Shown here piece by piece: positions 1-14,346 of a DNA stretch of 64,000 nt. Position numbers and translations under genes: made by a program. The notes below the pieces were generated by a model. It made no database searches and was not told where the DNA came from. It saw nothing but the letters and a program-made list of their open reading frames with translations. Source of the stretch: the human T2T-CHM13v2.0 reference genome, Homo sapiens. Within the stretch, counting starts at the first letter, position 1; the number at the start of each line of letters is the position of its first letter. Location of the stretch: NCBI RefSeq assembly GCF_009914755.1, contig NC_060947.1; one strand, 5' to 3'.

Positions 1-718
1 CCAAGAAGGGAGTTATGTTGTTGTCTGGGGTGATCAATCTGGCTTACAAAGGGGTAATGGCTTACAACTCGACAATGGAGGTAAGGGAGAATATGTCTGG
101 AATACAGGAGATCCCCTAGGGTGTCTCTATTATCATGTCTTCTGATTAAGGTCACCTCAAAACTATGACAACTCAATTCCAGGCAGCAAACAGCTCAGAC
201 TTTTCAGGACTGAAGGGTTTTTACCATGGGTAAAGAATTAGGACCAACCAAGCTTCTTGCTGAAGGCAAAGAAAACATAGACTGAGTAGTAGAAGAAGGT
301 AGTTATAAATACCAGCTACAATCACTTGACCAGTTAGAGAAATGAGAATGCCATGAGTGTTTCCACTTTATTGTATTATTAATATGTTTGTGTGTATATA
401 TACATGTATTAAGCAAATATCTTTGTTTTATTTCCTCTTGTATTCCCTTATCATGTAACATAAGATGCATTGACTTCATATCAGTATTTAAGTGTTGCTA
501 ATTTTCCATCATAGTATTTGAGTTACGGGATATCAGAAGAGCGAACATCACTTAGAGACTTCACTGTGTCTTCTAGGGAGGGAACTCATATATTTTCAGT
601 TATATGCAGGATAGTTGTATCCTGTTAGGTGGAAATATAAATTGTTACTGTCTTCATGTGGAGATTAATTATGGTTTAACAAGATACAGATGGGTGCCAG
701 GTTAACAAGGGGTAGACT
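1..718 (+). mobile_element. ERV-L (HERV-L-like) internal region, 3' end, with decayed dUTPase and polypurine tract
   Basis: Bases 3-120 translate as KKGVMLLSGVINLAYKG...DNGGKGEYVWNTGDPLG, resembling the ERV-L dUTPase (GVIDxDYxG motif). PPT-like AACAAGGGGTAGACT lies directly before the LTR TG. Confidence 0.8.
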
Positions 719-1339
719 TGTGATGGATAATTTACATGTCAACTTGGATGTGTTAAGGAATGCCCAGACAGCTGGTCAAACATTATTTCTGGGTGCATTA
801 CTGACAGTGTTTCAGGAAGAGATTAGCATGTGAGTCAGCAGACTCAGTAAAGAAGATTCACCCTCACCAATGTGAGCAGGTATCATTCAATCTGTTGAAG
901 GCCCAATTAGAACAAAAAGATGGAGGAAGGGCAGATTCTCAATCACTTTCCTTCAGCTGAAGCATGTATCTTCTACTGCCCTCAGACATCAGAGCCTTCT
1001 GGATTCTCCAGCCTTTGGACTCTGGGACTTACACCAGTGGCCCCCCAGGATCTCAGGCCTTTAGCCTCAGACTAGGACTTATACCATCAGCGCCCATGTT
1101 TCTCAATTACATCACTGACATTCCTGGTTCTCTGGCTGGCAGATGGCATATCATCTCAGTCCCCGTAATCACACAAGCCAATTCCCATATTAAATCTTCT
1201 CTTATATGTGTATGTATGTGTGCATGTGTGTGTGTGTCTATATTTATGTATGTGTATGTGTCTATATATATATATATACATATATATATGTAAAAATTCT
1301 ATTGATTCTGTTTCTCTGGAGAACCCTAACTAATAAACA
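719..1339 (+). mobile_element. MLT2-family LTR (3' LTR of the ERV-L)
   Basis: Starts TGTGATGGATAATTTACATGTCAACTTG and ends CTGTTTCTCTGGAGAACCCTAACTAATA, both typical MLT2 termini. Confidence 0.85.
1204..1291. repeat. Compound (TG)n/(TA)n microsatellite inside the MLT2 LTR
   Basis: Directly visible dinucleotide runs. Confidence 0.9.
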
Positions 1340-1884
1340 GTTTTCTCAATTATTTTGACCACACAACCCATTTTTTCTGGCATACAGGGGTTGGGGAGGC
1401 ACTTATTAACATTTCTTGGAACCACTGTCCTGACAAAAAGCACATGGGAAAATACAGCACTACAAAAAAATTATTAATGATCTTTAGATGAAATTTTTCC
1501 AGATACCACTCTGAGTGGAAGAATGCCTCTCCAGCGGCAAAATATACAGTCTAAGGTTTCAACAGGAATAGTGGCATTTGTTAATACTGTACTGTCATTG
1601 TGATTTCTGTGAAAAAGTCCTCAATTGGGACCAAACTATGAGTTGTTAACAAAAGAATTATTACACCTTCTCTATAGTCAAAGGTTAGAAGTTACAAGGT
1701 GTTAATAAGCAAACAGAGTATGAGCAGCATACCAAGAATACTCTTCTTTAGCTATTTAAAGCATGCATTTTTTTGGATCAGAAATTTCTAGCACAAATAC
1801 TAAAAGTGGATTTCTTTACACAGCTGTCACCCTGGAGGAGTTCCTGTATGTCTTTCTTCATTCTGGTTCCTCAGAGGCATTTTA

Positions 1885-2150
1885 GTATCATGGAAACTCA
1901 GAGATGAAAAAGACTTTAAAATTTCTACCGAGCATAAGATTCTCTTTTACCAAGTCCCTGAAAGATTGCCATCTAACCACTTCTCAAAACTAGTAATAGG
2001 CAGATATCTGATCTATGAAATAATCCATTCTATTTTGGGGACATTCTAATTGTTAGTAAGATTTTCTTAATATTAAATGTAGACTGACTCCCCTTCCTAA
2101 TTCCCACAATTACTCTTAGCATGATACTTTGGAGCTAAACAGAATGAGTT
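1885..2150 (-). mobile_element. CR1/L3 LINE 3' fragment
   Basis: CCATTCTATTTTGGGGACATTCTAATTGTTAGTAAGATTTTCTTAATATT resembles the reverse-complemented L3 3' region; highly diverged. Confidence 0.5.
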
Positions 2151-2180
2151 TTTATCTTAAAGGACTTTAACTAAATTTTC

Positions 2181-2423
2181 AATAAGATAGGAGGAATAAG
2201 TTTAAGAGATAGGTTGTACAACACGGTGACTATAGATAATAACAATGTATTGTATTTTGAAAACTGCTAAGAGAGTAGATTTTAGGTGTTCTCATCACAA
2301 AAAAATTAAGTATGTAAGATAATGTATAGGTTAAGTAGTGCTCTTGAGCCATTGCATAATGTACACATATTTCAAGACATCATGTTGTACACGATAGATA
2401 TATAAAATTTTTATTTCTCAATT
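2181..2423 (+). mobile_element. Old L1MA/L1MB 3' UTR fragment
   Basis: GGTGACTATAGATAATAACAATGTATTGTA...GCTAAGAGAGTAGATTTTAGGTGTTCTCATCAC is typical of an L1MA 3' UTR. Confidence 0.8.
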
Positions 2424-4572
2424 TTTTGAAATTATTATTATACTTTAAGTTCTGGGATACATGTGCAGAAGGTGCAGGTTTGTTACACAGGTATACAAAT
2501 GCCGTGGTGGTTTGCTGCACCCATCAACCTGTCATCTACATTAGGTATTTCTCTAATGCTGTCCCTCCCCTTGCCCCCTACCCCCTGACAGGCCCCGGTG
2601 TGTGATGTTCCCCTTCCTGTGTCCATGTGTTCTCATTGTTCAACTCCCACTTATGAGTGAGAACATGTGGTGTTTGGTTTTCTGTCCCTGTGTTAGTTTG
2701 CTGACAATGATGGTTTCCAGCTTCATCCATGTCCCTGCAAAGGACATGAACTCATCCTTTTTTTGGCTGCATAGTACTCCATGATGTATATGAGCCACAT
2801 TTTCTTAATCCAGTCTATCATTGGTGGGCATTTGGGTTGGTTTCAAGTCTTTGCTATTGTGAACAGTGCCACAATAAACATACATGTGCATGTGTCTTTA
2901 CAGTAGAATGATTTCTAATCCTTTGGGTATACACCCAGTAATGGGATTGCTGGGTCAAAGGGTATATCTGGTTCTAGATCCTTCAGGAATCGCCACACTG
3001 TCTTCCATAATGGTTGAACTAATTTACACTCCCACCAACAGTGTAAAAGCATTCCTATTTCTCCACATCCTCTCCAGCATCTGTTGTTTCCTGACTTTTT
3101 AATGATCGCCATTCTAACTGGCGTGAGATGGTATATCATTGTGGTTTTGATTTGCATTTCTCTAATGACCAGTGATGATGAGCTTTTTTTTCATGTTTGT
3201 TGGCTGCATAAATGTCTTCTTTTGAGAAGTGTCTGTTCATATCCTTCACCCACTTTTTGATGGGGTTGTTTTTTTCTTGTAAATTTGTTTAGGTTCCTTG
3301 TACATTCTGGATATTAGCCTTTTGTCAGATGGATAGATTGCAAACATTTTCTCCCATTCTGTAAGTGGCCTGTTCACTCTGATGATAGTTTCTTTTGCTG
3401 TGCAGAAGCTCTTTAGTTTAATTTGATCCCATTTGTCAATTTTGGCTTTTGTTGCCATTGCTTTTGGTGTTTTAGTCATGAAGTCATTGTCCATGCCTAT
3501 GTCCGGAATGGTATTGTCTAGGTTTTCTTCTTGGGTTTTTATGGTTTTAGGTCTTACATTTAAGTCTTTAATCCATGTCGAGTTAATTTTTGTATAACGT
3601 GTAAGGAAGGGGTCCAGTTTCAGATTCCTGCATATGGCTAGCCAGTTTTCCCAACACTGTTTATTCAATAGGGAATCTTTCCCATTGCTTGTTTTTGTCA
3701 GGTTTGTCAAAGATCAGATGGTTGTAGATGTGTGGTGGTATTTCTGAGGCCTCTATTCTGTTACATTGGTCTATGTATCTGTTTTGGAACCAGTACCATG
3801 TTGTTTTGGTTACTGTAGCCCTGTATAGTTTAAAGTCAGGTAGCATAATCCCTCCAGCTTTGTTCTTTTTGCTTAGGATTGTTTTGTCTATACGGGCCCT
3901 TTTTTGCTACCGTATAAAATTTAAAGTTGTTTTTTCTAATTCTGCAAAGAAAGTCAATGGTAGCTTGATTGGGGATAGCATTGAATCTATAAATTACTTT
4001 GGGGAGTATGGCCATTTTCACGATATTGATTCTTCCTATCCATGAGCATAGAATGTTTTTCCATTTGTTTGTGTCCTCTCTTATTTCCTTGAGCAGTGGT
4101 TGGTAGTTCTTGAAGAGGTTCTTCACATCCCTTGTAACTTGTATTCCTAGGTATTTTATTGTCTTTGTAGCAATTGTGAATGGGAGTTCACTTATGATTT
4201 GGCTCTCTGTTTGTGTATTATTGGTGTATAGGAATGCTTGTGATTTTTGCACATTGCTTTTGTATCCTAAGACTGCTGAAGTTGCTTATCGGATTAAGGA
4301 GATTTTGGGTGAGATGATGGGGTTTTCTAAATGTACAATCATGTCATCTGCAAATAGAGACAATCTGACTTCCTCCATTCCTATTTGAATACCCTTTATT
4401 TCTTTCTCTTGCCTGATTTCCCTCGCCAGAACTTTTAATACTATGTTGAATAGGAGTGGTGAGAGAGGGCATCCTTGTGCCAGTTTTCAAAGGGAATGCT
4501 TCCAGCTTTTGCCCATTCAGTACAATATTGGCTGTGGGTTTGTCATAAATAGCTCTTATTATTTTGAGGTAT
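2424..4572 (-). mobile_element. 5'-truncated L1PA7/8-like LINE-1 (ORF2 3' part plus 3' UTR)
   Basis: Begins TTATACTTTAAGTTCTGGGATACATGTGCAGAA (reverse of the L1PA 3' end). Minus-strand ORFs are frameshifted ORF2 pieces. No convincing TSD. Confidence 0.95.
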
Positions 4573-5301
4573 TTATTTGAAAACACTGATCATGTCCCAT
4601 TGGTTCTTAATGTGAAGAAAAACTAACTTGAGGAGTAAATTCAAACTTTCTATTATCTTCAGATTACAGGATGCATCAAAACTTTTGGAAGATAGCAAAC
4701 ATGTACTTACTTGAAAAAAAAAATCCTACAATCAAAAAGTTAATGAGGGAAACTTTCTGTTTTAGAAATATTCAAGCTAATGAATGAAGAAGGAATGATG
4801 GAATTAAAATATAACCATTTATTGCAAAGTAATTTTAAAAATCTAGATAATGTTTATCATTAGCTTATCTTTCTTTACATTAAAAAGCAAAGAAAGAGAT
4901 CCAGAAATTAAGTGTCTCTTAGTAGGAGAAATCAACACTGCCTACGAAACATTCTTTCAAAACAAAAAAAAAAAAACTAAATCTGACCAACCCTTAAGAT
5001 CCAACAACTAATTCATAGGAAATACAGAGGTGGGGAAATGCATCACAATAAGTCAACCCATAAAATTCAGAGTCCAGAAAAGTCTAAAGGACAAATGATC
5101 AATAAATAACATGGTTCAAAGAAAAAGAGAGAAAAGACAAACCTATAGATTTAAATGGAATTAAAAGGTATATTAACCAATTACAATGTATGGATTAATT
5201 TTGATTCTGCCTTAAAGAAATTGTAAAACAATATTTTTGAGACAATTGGTAAAATTTGAAATCTAACTGGATGCTTAATGATATTAAGAAATTATTGTTA
5301 A

Positions 5302-5592
<291 letters not shown>

Positions 5593-5734
5593 TATTGTTA
5601 ATTTTTATGTGTGAAAATTGTATTGTAATTATCTTTTTAATCTTCTTGTCTTTCAAAGGTACACAGCAAAATATTTACAGATGAAATGACACATATATAT
5701 GAAATTCCTGGATTTCCTTAAAAATAATTTTGCT

Positions 5735-6025
<291 letters not shown>

Positions 6026-6189
6026 AAAATAATTCAGTCAGGTGGATAACAGATGAAACAAAATTGCCCATAAGCTAATCATTATTTCAGCTGGGTGATG
6101 AGAATATAGGAGATTATTATAATAATCTTGCTGTTTTTATGTATGTTTCAAGTTCTCCATAATAAACAACTTAGAAAAATAAAACAAAA

Positions 6190-7432
6190 GATACTTCCCT
6201 TCATTGTATACTACCCAGTCCATATCCCATAAGTCTTTTTCTCCTCCAGCATAATGATTTTCAATTTTTAAGCCATTTCTACTATGAACGAAATTCCAGA
6301 CTCTTCACCATTCTAGTTATTCTCTTCTGGGATAATCAATGTGCCCCTTCAATGTAATCTCCCAAATGTGATCTGTACTGCAAAGTAAGTGTTATCTCCC
6401 TTAATCAAAATACCATAGTTTTGCAAAAACTTAGATTGCATTAGCCGGCTTGTCATCCATGTCATATTGAAGTTATAGTCAACTAAAACCATCAAGTCTT
6501 ATTCACATGAGATGTAATATATTCAAGTCCTCCATTTGTACAATTGATTTTAACCTTAATTGCTAAATTTCATCTTTAATTTCAGACCATCTTTCTGGCC
6601 TGTGGAAATCATAATGATTGTATGAGTGCCAATGAAGAACAGAAGCTATTCATTGTTTTGTGTGATCACTTGGTCTTCATGAGTTAGAGAAAAATAATTT
6701 TCTCCAGGTCATACAAGCTAGCAAGTGGCAGAGTTGACTCAAGACTTTAATCCTTGCAACTCCCAAACCCACGCTTTTATCCTCTCTGCTCTGGAGTGCT
6801 GTCTACAATATTAGGTATTCTTCTTAATGCCATCTGCATGCTTTATAAGGATGCCTTTTTCCAAATCTGTGATAAAATTTATTTGTCTGGTCATAGCTAA
6901 GAACAGAGCGTGGGGTATGTATAGATCAAGTCACCTGGTACTGATTTAGTAATCAGTGTACTTTGTTTAGGATTAGTTGACCACTTATAAAATTTAACTT
7001 TACTTTCACTCAGCCCACACATCCTTATCTATTCTAAATAAATAACATGCTCTAAATAGTGCCGAATGTTTGCCAAAAACAAAAGACAGCTTCCTATCTA
7101 CCAAACTAGTAATGTGATAAAAAATCAAATGAGGTCCTTTTAGCATGACTTATTACTAGAAGAAAGCATCTGGTTTCTCCTGGTGATTACCAATTTCTCA
7201 TCCTAATGTGCGTAAGACATTTATTTAACAAGCTAGTCTAGAATCTTGCCAGGAAAACATATCTAGATTATATCAGTATGGTCTGGAATCCATTTTTTTC
7301 TGCATTTTAAATCATCACATACACCTACTCCTGGCTCATGAAGTCTCAAAGATAACTGAAATGGTTCTAAAATCACATTTTCAGATTATTTTAGTACCCT
7401 AAGATGTAACTTTTCTGGGCCTGGAAACTTGT
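6190..7432 (-). mobile_element. CR1/L3 LINE RT-region fragments
   Basis: 7390-7430 translates on the minus strand to KFPGPEKLHLRVLK, matching the CR1 KSPGPDxxHPRVLKE motif; boundaries approximate. Confidence 0.6.
6680..6785 (-). mobile_element. MIR fragment
   Basis: CCAGGTCATACAAGCTAGCAAGTGGCAGAG is the reverse MIR core. Confidence 0.65.
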
Positions 7433-7642
7433 CCCCACTGAGAGTTGACAGCCGGATTGATTTAAAACTACACATGATATTTATTCGCAAGTTGTAGTTA
7501 CTAAAAATGCAATTTATGATAAAGGTACACAGTTCTATGGAGCTTTAGAAATGGCAGAAAGGAGTCAATATGGACTGGAGTGCAGAGGAAGGACTTTATG
7601 AGGGTGAGGCTGAGGAAAGTGTTGAAAAATATACAGAAGATG

Positions 7643-8390
7643 TGAAACCGCCTTTGCCAAATTATAATCAACGAGAAGGTTATAGCAGTGGGGGAGATCT
7701 AAGTTAGCCCAACTGTCTCATGGCTCTTGCTCATGAGCTACTTTTGACTATTCCTGGCCTACCTTTGGGAGACATTAGTTCATAGTTTAAGTGATAATAG
7801 CCCTTCCCCAAAACTCAACTACCTTTGCAGATCTAATGAGAGACTACTGGGCTAGAAGGAGCAGAGGAGCCCTAACTTTGCTAAGGTGCAGACATAAATG
7901 ATTGTCAGCCATTATTCCAGAGGTTATAGGATATGCACCTTCCCAAATTGCTCCTGCAAATAACATCACTATTGTAGAACCTAAGATTGACCTTTTGAGA
8001 TATGTTTTCAGGTTTTTTGTATGTCTGACACTCATCGCTCCAACTTGGACCCAATGACTCCACCTGGACCCCCCAACCTTGCTCCTTTGGCCCCAGTCAG
8101 AAGTGATTCAGCCCACAGGAGGACAGCTTCAACACCCTATGATTTCATCTCTGCCCCAACCAATCAGCAGCAAGCACCTGTTCCTGGCTACCCGCACACC
8201 TTCCCCCAAACTGCCTTTGAAAAACAGCTAACCTACAAGCTTTGGAGAAGACTGTTTTGAGTAATAATAAAATTCCATTCTCCCACACAGCCAGATCTGC
8301 ATGAATTACTCTTTCTCTATTGCAATTCCCTGTCTTAATAAATTGACTCTCTCTAGGCAGAGGGCAAGGTGAGCCAGTTGGGCAGTTACA
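7643..8390 (+). mobile_element. LTR8-family (ERV1/MER4 group) solo LTR
   Basis: TGAAACCGCCTTTGC...GGGCAGTTACA termini with 4-bp TSD GATG on both sides. Confidence 0.9.
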
Positions 8391-8895
8391 GATGTAAAAT
8401 GAGAATTCATGAGTTTCTTTTCATGTCTTGCCATCTGTCCCAATCCTTTTATGTCTTCCTTCAAATATTGATTTTTAAGTATTTTATTGACCTTAGCTTC
8501 TTGGCATTTCTCACGTAACAATTTTTGGCTTTATCCTTTACTATTCTACCTTTATTTGTGAGTAAACAGTGCTCAGGGCCCCTTCTACAGATAGAGTTCT
8601 GAAGTTGACCAGGCCAGCACGCAGCTGTGCAGTATAATTCCTGGAATAAAACCAGCTCAGGAAGGAAAGGCTGGGCCAAAGTGGAAAAAGGAAAGGAGTA
8701 GGACAAAAGCAAGAAATTATCCAAAATGAGGTGTCTGCAATCAGTGGCAGTCATTATCTAGTAGGCAGGTTTGAGTGGCAAAGCCAAAGGAGAGTTCTTG
8801 AAATAACAGTAAATACAAAAGCAAGAAAGCCTATTATGCAAGCAGAAGACTCTAATTGATTTGAACAGTCCTTACACTATTCTTCGGGGGGTAAA

Positions 8896-9651
8896 TGTTA
8901 GCAGTGGAAGTTATCCGGGTCATGCGGCACCAAAACATGTTACTGGCAGCGAATACGGATCTGCAGCATCCTCAATTATCGCCTCCTCAGAAGAAAGAAT
9001 TTGACTGAGGGGCATAAGGCAGAAGGAGAGACCGAGGCAAGTTTTAGAGCAGGAGTGAAAGTTTATTAAAAAGCTTTAGAGCAGTAATAAAAGGAAGAAA
9101 AGTATAAAAGCACACTTGGAAGAGGGCCAAGGGGGCAACTTATGAGATAAGTGCACAATTTGACCTTTTGACTTGGGGTTTCATACATTGGCATACTTCT
9201 GGGGTCTTGCATTCCATCTCCCTTGAATCTTCTCTTGGGGTGGGTGGTCCACATGTGCAGTAGCCTGCTGTCGCTTGGGAGGGGAGCATGCGCACTTGGA
9301 GCTGTACACATGCTCACTGGAGGCATTCTTCTCTTACCAGCCAAATGTCCCTAGGAGGTCATATACCAGTTAAATTCCACCATTTTGCCTCTTAGTGTGC
9401 ATGTGTGAGCCCACTCGCCAAACTCCTGAGATTTTATCGGGAAACTGCTGATCACTGGCTTCAGGTATTTCTGTTTACTGGGAGACTGCCTTTCCCTGGT
9501 GCTGGCTGCGACCAATTATTGTTTTAGAGAGACAGTTAACAATCACCTGACCATCATCTGATGCGCACCTGACATTCCTGGTGTGTGTAGGGGTGAGGGA
9601 GGCCCTCTCCTGCTCTACTCATGTCTGACTAGCTACATTATTTATGTAACA
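8896..9651 (-). mobile_element. MER50-like ERV1 solo LTR
   Basis: TGTTA...TAACA termini, 4-bp TSD TAAA, and a minus-strand AATAAA at 9062-9067. Confidence 0.85.
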
Positions 9652-10349
9652 TAAATGTTTCTAAAGTTTAATAAGAGGAAATGGCCAATTAGAAAATTTC
9701 CTATCTAGAATAAATATTGTGGATTTGCTTGAATAATGTACTCTGTTGCTCAAAATAATAAAACTACACCTGTGGCTCAGTCAATAGCATACATTTCATG
9801 TAGCCTACAATGTTCAAGAAACAGCAATGCACCTGTGATAAGAAACAATATAATAAGGATGTTTAAGATGTAATCCTGAGAAGCAGGGACTTTATAATCA
9901 TATCAGAGAGATGACATGTGAATACTCAAATATTTGAATAATAATAGGAGGCTGTATATAAGGATAAAATGAGTGATATGAATAAAATGTTACAAGTGTT
10001 TAGAGAAGGGAGGCGATTTTGAGTGGGAATAATTAGCAGAGGTTAACAAAATCGTATCTTGAAGATTCTGATAGGAAGAAAAAGATTTAAAAGAGCATTT
10101 CTCTAAATTCTTTACAGGCAATGTGAACACAAATGTTTCCTTCCAAAACATGCTTTGACTAACCAGATTGAATTCTACACAATCCCTTCTTCATTTTGTA
10201 CTCCAAAAACTGTTGCCTCTTTTATGCCCCACAGCCAATATTGGGAGATGGGGAATGAGTAACTTCGCAAATATAGAAAGCCTTTGGGAACATTTTGTTA
10301 AGGAAGGAAACAAAATGGTCACCCTGAGGCTCCACAGTGGTAATCACTA

Positions 10350-10590
10350 CTAAATACAAATTTTCCATCTGTCCTTTGGGTAGCTCTTTGGACCTACAAG
10401 AAGGCAAACTTCCAAAGCAAAGGTTGTAATAAAGCCCTTTTGTCTGGGACCACAAAAAACAAAAGGACTATTGAACAGCTTAAAATTTGCGTTTGTTTGC
10501 AACTCAGAGAACAGCTGCTTTCTGGCTTGTTAATAAATTTCAGTGGGTGTCCTCTGCTTTTTACAGTCCATCAGCATTTCTGGGAAAACA
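10350..10590 (-). pseudogene. Candidate 3' exon
   Basis: Acceptor tgatttactccag|. Reads VFPEMLMDCKKQRTPTEIY*QARKQLFSELQTNANFKLFNSPFVFCGPRQKGFITTFALEVCLLVGPKSYPKDRWKICI*, one internal stop in about 80 codons. Confidence 0.4.
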
Positions 10591-10748
10591 CTGGAGTAAA
10601 TCATGTAGTCAAGAGCCTGGAGTTACGTATACTCTGACGTTCATTTCCTACATTACAGTTAATGGGGACAACAGATGCCAAAAAAGAGCCAAACAATTAG
10701 TTACTTCGTTTCTGAGATTCTGTTAATGAAATATAAGTGGAATTTTAC

Positions 10749-10784
10749 CTTATTAAAGATTGAGACAACTTTCAGTTTTAGTTA
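10749..10784 (-). pseudogene. Candidate 36-nt exon
   Basis: atatgacag|TAAC...AATAAG|gtaaaa; weak acceptor and contains stops. Confidence 0.25.
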
Positions 10785-11145
10785 CTGTCATATTTAAGAA
10801 TGCATAAGCAATAGTTCAGGCACAAGAAATGACATACCATTTACAACTATTGTTTCCTGACTTTTAAATCAATAATGCAGTGGGCTGTCTTACCAAAGAG
10901 AGCAGTAGGATACATTTTTAAACCAAAAGCAAGTTAGAACAGGTCATAAAACTTGAGAATCTATGAAAATCCCCTAGAGAGCAATGTAAACTGTTCAGAT
11001 TTCCTCTAAACAACAGGAGTTCTTTGAGTTCCAGTAACAAGATTTTAAAATGTGTGATTCCCAGATTTTGCACATGAAATATTATTATTATAATTGCTTA
11101 AAACACTGCCAAGTAAATAGATGCTTTTTGTGTCAAATAATTTAC

Positions 11146-11176
11146 CTGGTTGAACAGAAGCTTGGAAAAAGCTCAA
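11146..11176 (-). pseudogene. Candidate 31-nt exon
   Basis: ttttattctgttttattttttgatatag|TTGAGC...AACCAG|gtaaat; reads LSFFQASVQP in phase 0. Confidence 0.6.
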
Positions 11177-11224
11177 CTATATCAAAAAATAAAACAGAAT
11201 AAAATCTCCTGTCCCTATTTTTTA

Positions 11225-11420
11225 TGCATTAAGTCATTCATTCAAAAACACTTATTGAACCATTATGTGGGTTTTCTGAGATGAAAAAGACTTCTTGCAC
11301 TCATTCAAAAAATACACAATCTAGTCAAATGACAAAATGTAAACAACTGTGATTTAAAAAAACAGAAGGTAAATGCTAAAATAGAAGTGCAGGTACAGTA
11401 TGTTCTAAGTACAGAGAAAA
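11225..11420 (-). mobile_element. L2 3' fragment
   Basis: CATTCATTCAAAAACACTTATTGAAC is the reverse L2 3' terminus. Confidence 0.6.
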
Positions 11421-11442
11421 AGAAAACAAAAAATAAAATCCA

Positions 11443-11680
11443 TTATGAGTACTGAAACTGGACTAGGCCCTGTGCTAAGTACTAATACACATACTCTTTT
11501 ATTTGTCCCACACAACAATCCAGTGATCTAGGTATTATTTCCCACATTTTACAGATGAGAAATCTGTGGCTCAAAAAGGATAGGTAACTTCTTCAAGGTA
11601 ATACAGCTAAGAAGTGCAGAGCTGCAATGTAAACACAACTGTGCTTTATTCCAAAGCTTGCACTTTTGCGCTGTTCCTTA
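11443..11680 (-). mobile_element. MIR
   Basis: ATTTTACAGATGAGAAATCTGTGGCTC...GGTAACTT...AAGGTAATACAGCTAAGAAGTGCAGAGC. Confidence 0.85.
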
Positions 11681-11804
11681 TCAGGCGCAGAACTCTCAAT
11701 GGCTGCTACACCCTGAAGGAAGCACAGCTAAGTATCCAGTCTGAAAGAGTGTAAGCATATCTGCATTTTTCAGGATGGTAGTGTAAGAAAGGCAACCTAC
11801 TTAC

Positions 11805-11848
11805 ATAGTCAGATGATGACAGTAACCCAAGTTGCAATAAGAAAGCAG
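11805..11848 (-). pseudogene. Candidate 44-nt exon
   Basis: cccttttgggtttctag|CTGCTT...GACTAT|gtaagt; reads AFLLQLGLLSSSDY, phase 1 to 0. Confidence 0.6.
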
Positions 11849-11919
11849 CTAGAAACCCAAAAGGGATAATTTGGATACTATTTTCCTTTTATATTCAACA
11901 AAAAAATAGAGTATCAAGT

Positions 11920-12550
11920 AAGTTCAGTTTGAATATTTGAGACTGAGGTGCTTGAGAGACATCCAAATAGACTTGAAGAGAAGCCAGCTGGATATGTGGC
12001 TCTGTAGGTCATCTAAAATGTCTTTGTTGGAAATATTATTTTGGGAGTCTTCAACATAATTGAAGCCAAAGGTATGAATAAGGTTGCCTCCAGAGAAAAT
12101 ACAGAATAAAGAGAAGAGGGCCTAGAAATGATGTTTAAGGAATGCCACACTTTATTACTGTGTGCACTGCTGTAAAATTATCTGTTTTTTTAAAAACAGC
12201 AATGCTGTAGAAAGAGGATCAGGGAAGACTTTATGCAGACTGTGATCAGACATTGGGGCTGAGCTTTGAAGTATGAGTATTATTTCCCTAGCTTGTGAAG
12301 GTAGGACGAGCAATTCATTCTTGAGGAAAAAGTATAAGCAAGGGCAGAGAGGCATAAAATGAAATGGTATATTTGGAAAATAAGTAAATCTTTTACTGCA
12401 GCCATAAAGACTAGTGGAAGAAAAGGTCACAAAGATAACCAGACACCAATTATGGGGGACTTTAATCTATACACAATAAGAATTTGTTGACATTTTTAAG
12501 AAAAGCAATAGGCAGATTTATATTTTAGGGAAAGATTTCTGATATCATTG
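11920..12550 (-). mobile_element. L2 fragments
   Basis: AGTTCAGTTTGAATATTTGAGACTGAGGTGC...GACATCCAAATAGA...GCAGCTGGATATG-like L2 signatures. Confidence 0.6.
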
Positions 12551-13544
12551 AAAGGAATTGATGAAAATAATAATGTGCTTTTTATCTCTGTGTGATTAGA
12601 TAAATCTCAATATATTAAGCTAATTATCCTGTATTCTCTTGTTTCTTTTGATTTTCCCTTCTCCCAAATTCATGCAGTGCCTTTCATTGCCTTGGGAAAA
12701 GGTAAGATGGTGTCTGACTGTTAAAAACTTATTTGAGTTGCAGGAATATGGGATGTCGAGTTTCCAAAGCCTCAACCCTGAAAATCTTGGAACTTCGAGT
12801 TTATGCCAAATTCGGGAGTCAAAGCCAGTTTTCCTATCCCGAACTAAAGAGTCCACAGGCTGGGGAAGAAAGAAGTGAAGGAAGAGCGAGATATTAATGG
12901 GTCCCTGAAAAAAAATGGCCCTGGGAAATATCTTCCACTCTAGGGGACTATATGCTGTAGGGGTAATTAAATCCCATAAGGATGTAGAGAACAGGAGGAT
13001 AGAAATGTTCTGTGTCTCCCTTTCTGGGATGTTTTTCTATGTCCTCCAAACCCAGCAGGAAATAGGAGCAGAAAATAGAGATGGCTGCATTCAGAGTCTG
13101 GAAAAATAGATCTCAGAGTGCCCCATTGTTCCGTAAGATATGGGAATGGTACATGTTATCTATATTCTCAAGAAGAACAGGGAACTAACTTGACCAATCA
13201 GTCTGTGACAGGGATGAGTAGGATGCAACAGGGATCTTGATGGACCAAGGCCAGGGTTTAGACAGGAGTGGAGACTTACCAACATAGATGATGAAGACAG
13301 AAACATATCACCCATAAAATAAAAACAAATTAAGGAGAGAGATAGGCAATCTGAGATAACTGAGGAAAACTTGAATTGTTGAGGTTATTTCTACAACCCA
13401 GCTTATTGAAACCAGAGATCAGAATTTCAGTTCAGAGACATTAGCTGCTCACCAAAGTTTAAAAACTCAGAACTTACACCCACTGTATCTTTGTCTCTGA
13501 TATCCAAGCCAGGGTCAGGGATATTAAAAACACTCAAAATTTTA

Positions 13545-13870
<326 letters not shown>

Positions 13871-14346
13871 GCCCTGTATTTTAAAGATACAAAAATTCAG
13901 GAAAAATACAATTAAAATGAGCCGTAATTCCCTTATTCTGATATACCTCATACCAATATTTTGGTTTATTTTATTCCAGTCCATTTTTCCAGAAAACACA
14001 TACCATATAAAATATTTTGCATTTAACATGATGTCATCAACATCTTCCTATGACATTAAATATTCCATAAAATATTCCTTGAATAACCAATATTTCAACG
14101 GATGAATGCAGATTATTTATTTCCTTACTGGTAAACATTTAGATTGACTCTTTTGTTTTTCTAAACATAAATAATGTAGTAATTAATATTCTTACATAGA
14201 AATTTTGTGGCCATTGGGGTCATCAACTTTAGTTAAGTTTATAGAAGTAAAAAGGCAAAGGGTACATCTGGTTCAAGAATAAACACTGAAACCTCCCTCT
14301 CCCAAACATAGGAAGATATTAGAAATAGTATTAACAAGTATGTCAC

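Noticed and set aside
964-1293. 109-aa ORF with a hydrophobic tail
   Set aside because: It lies in the MLT2 LTR and the tail is a translated microsatellite.
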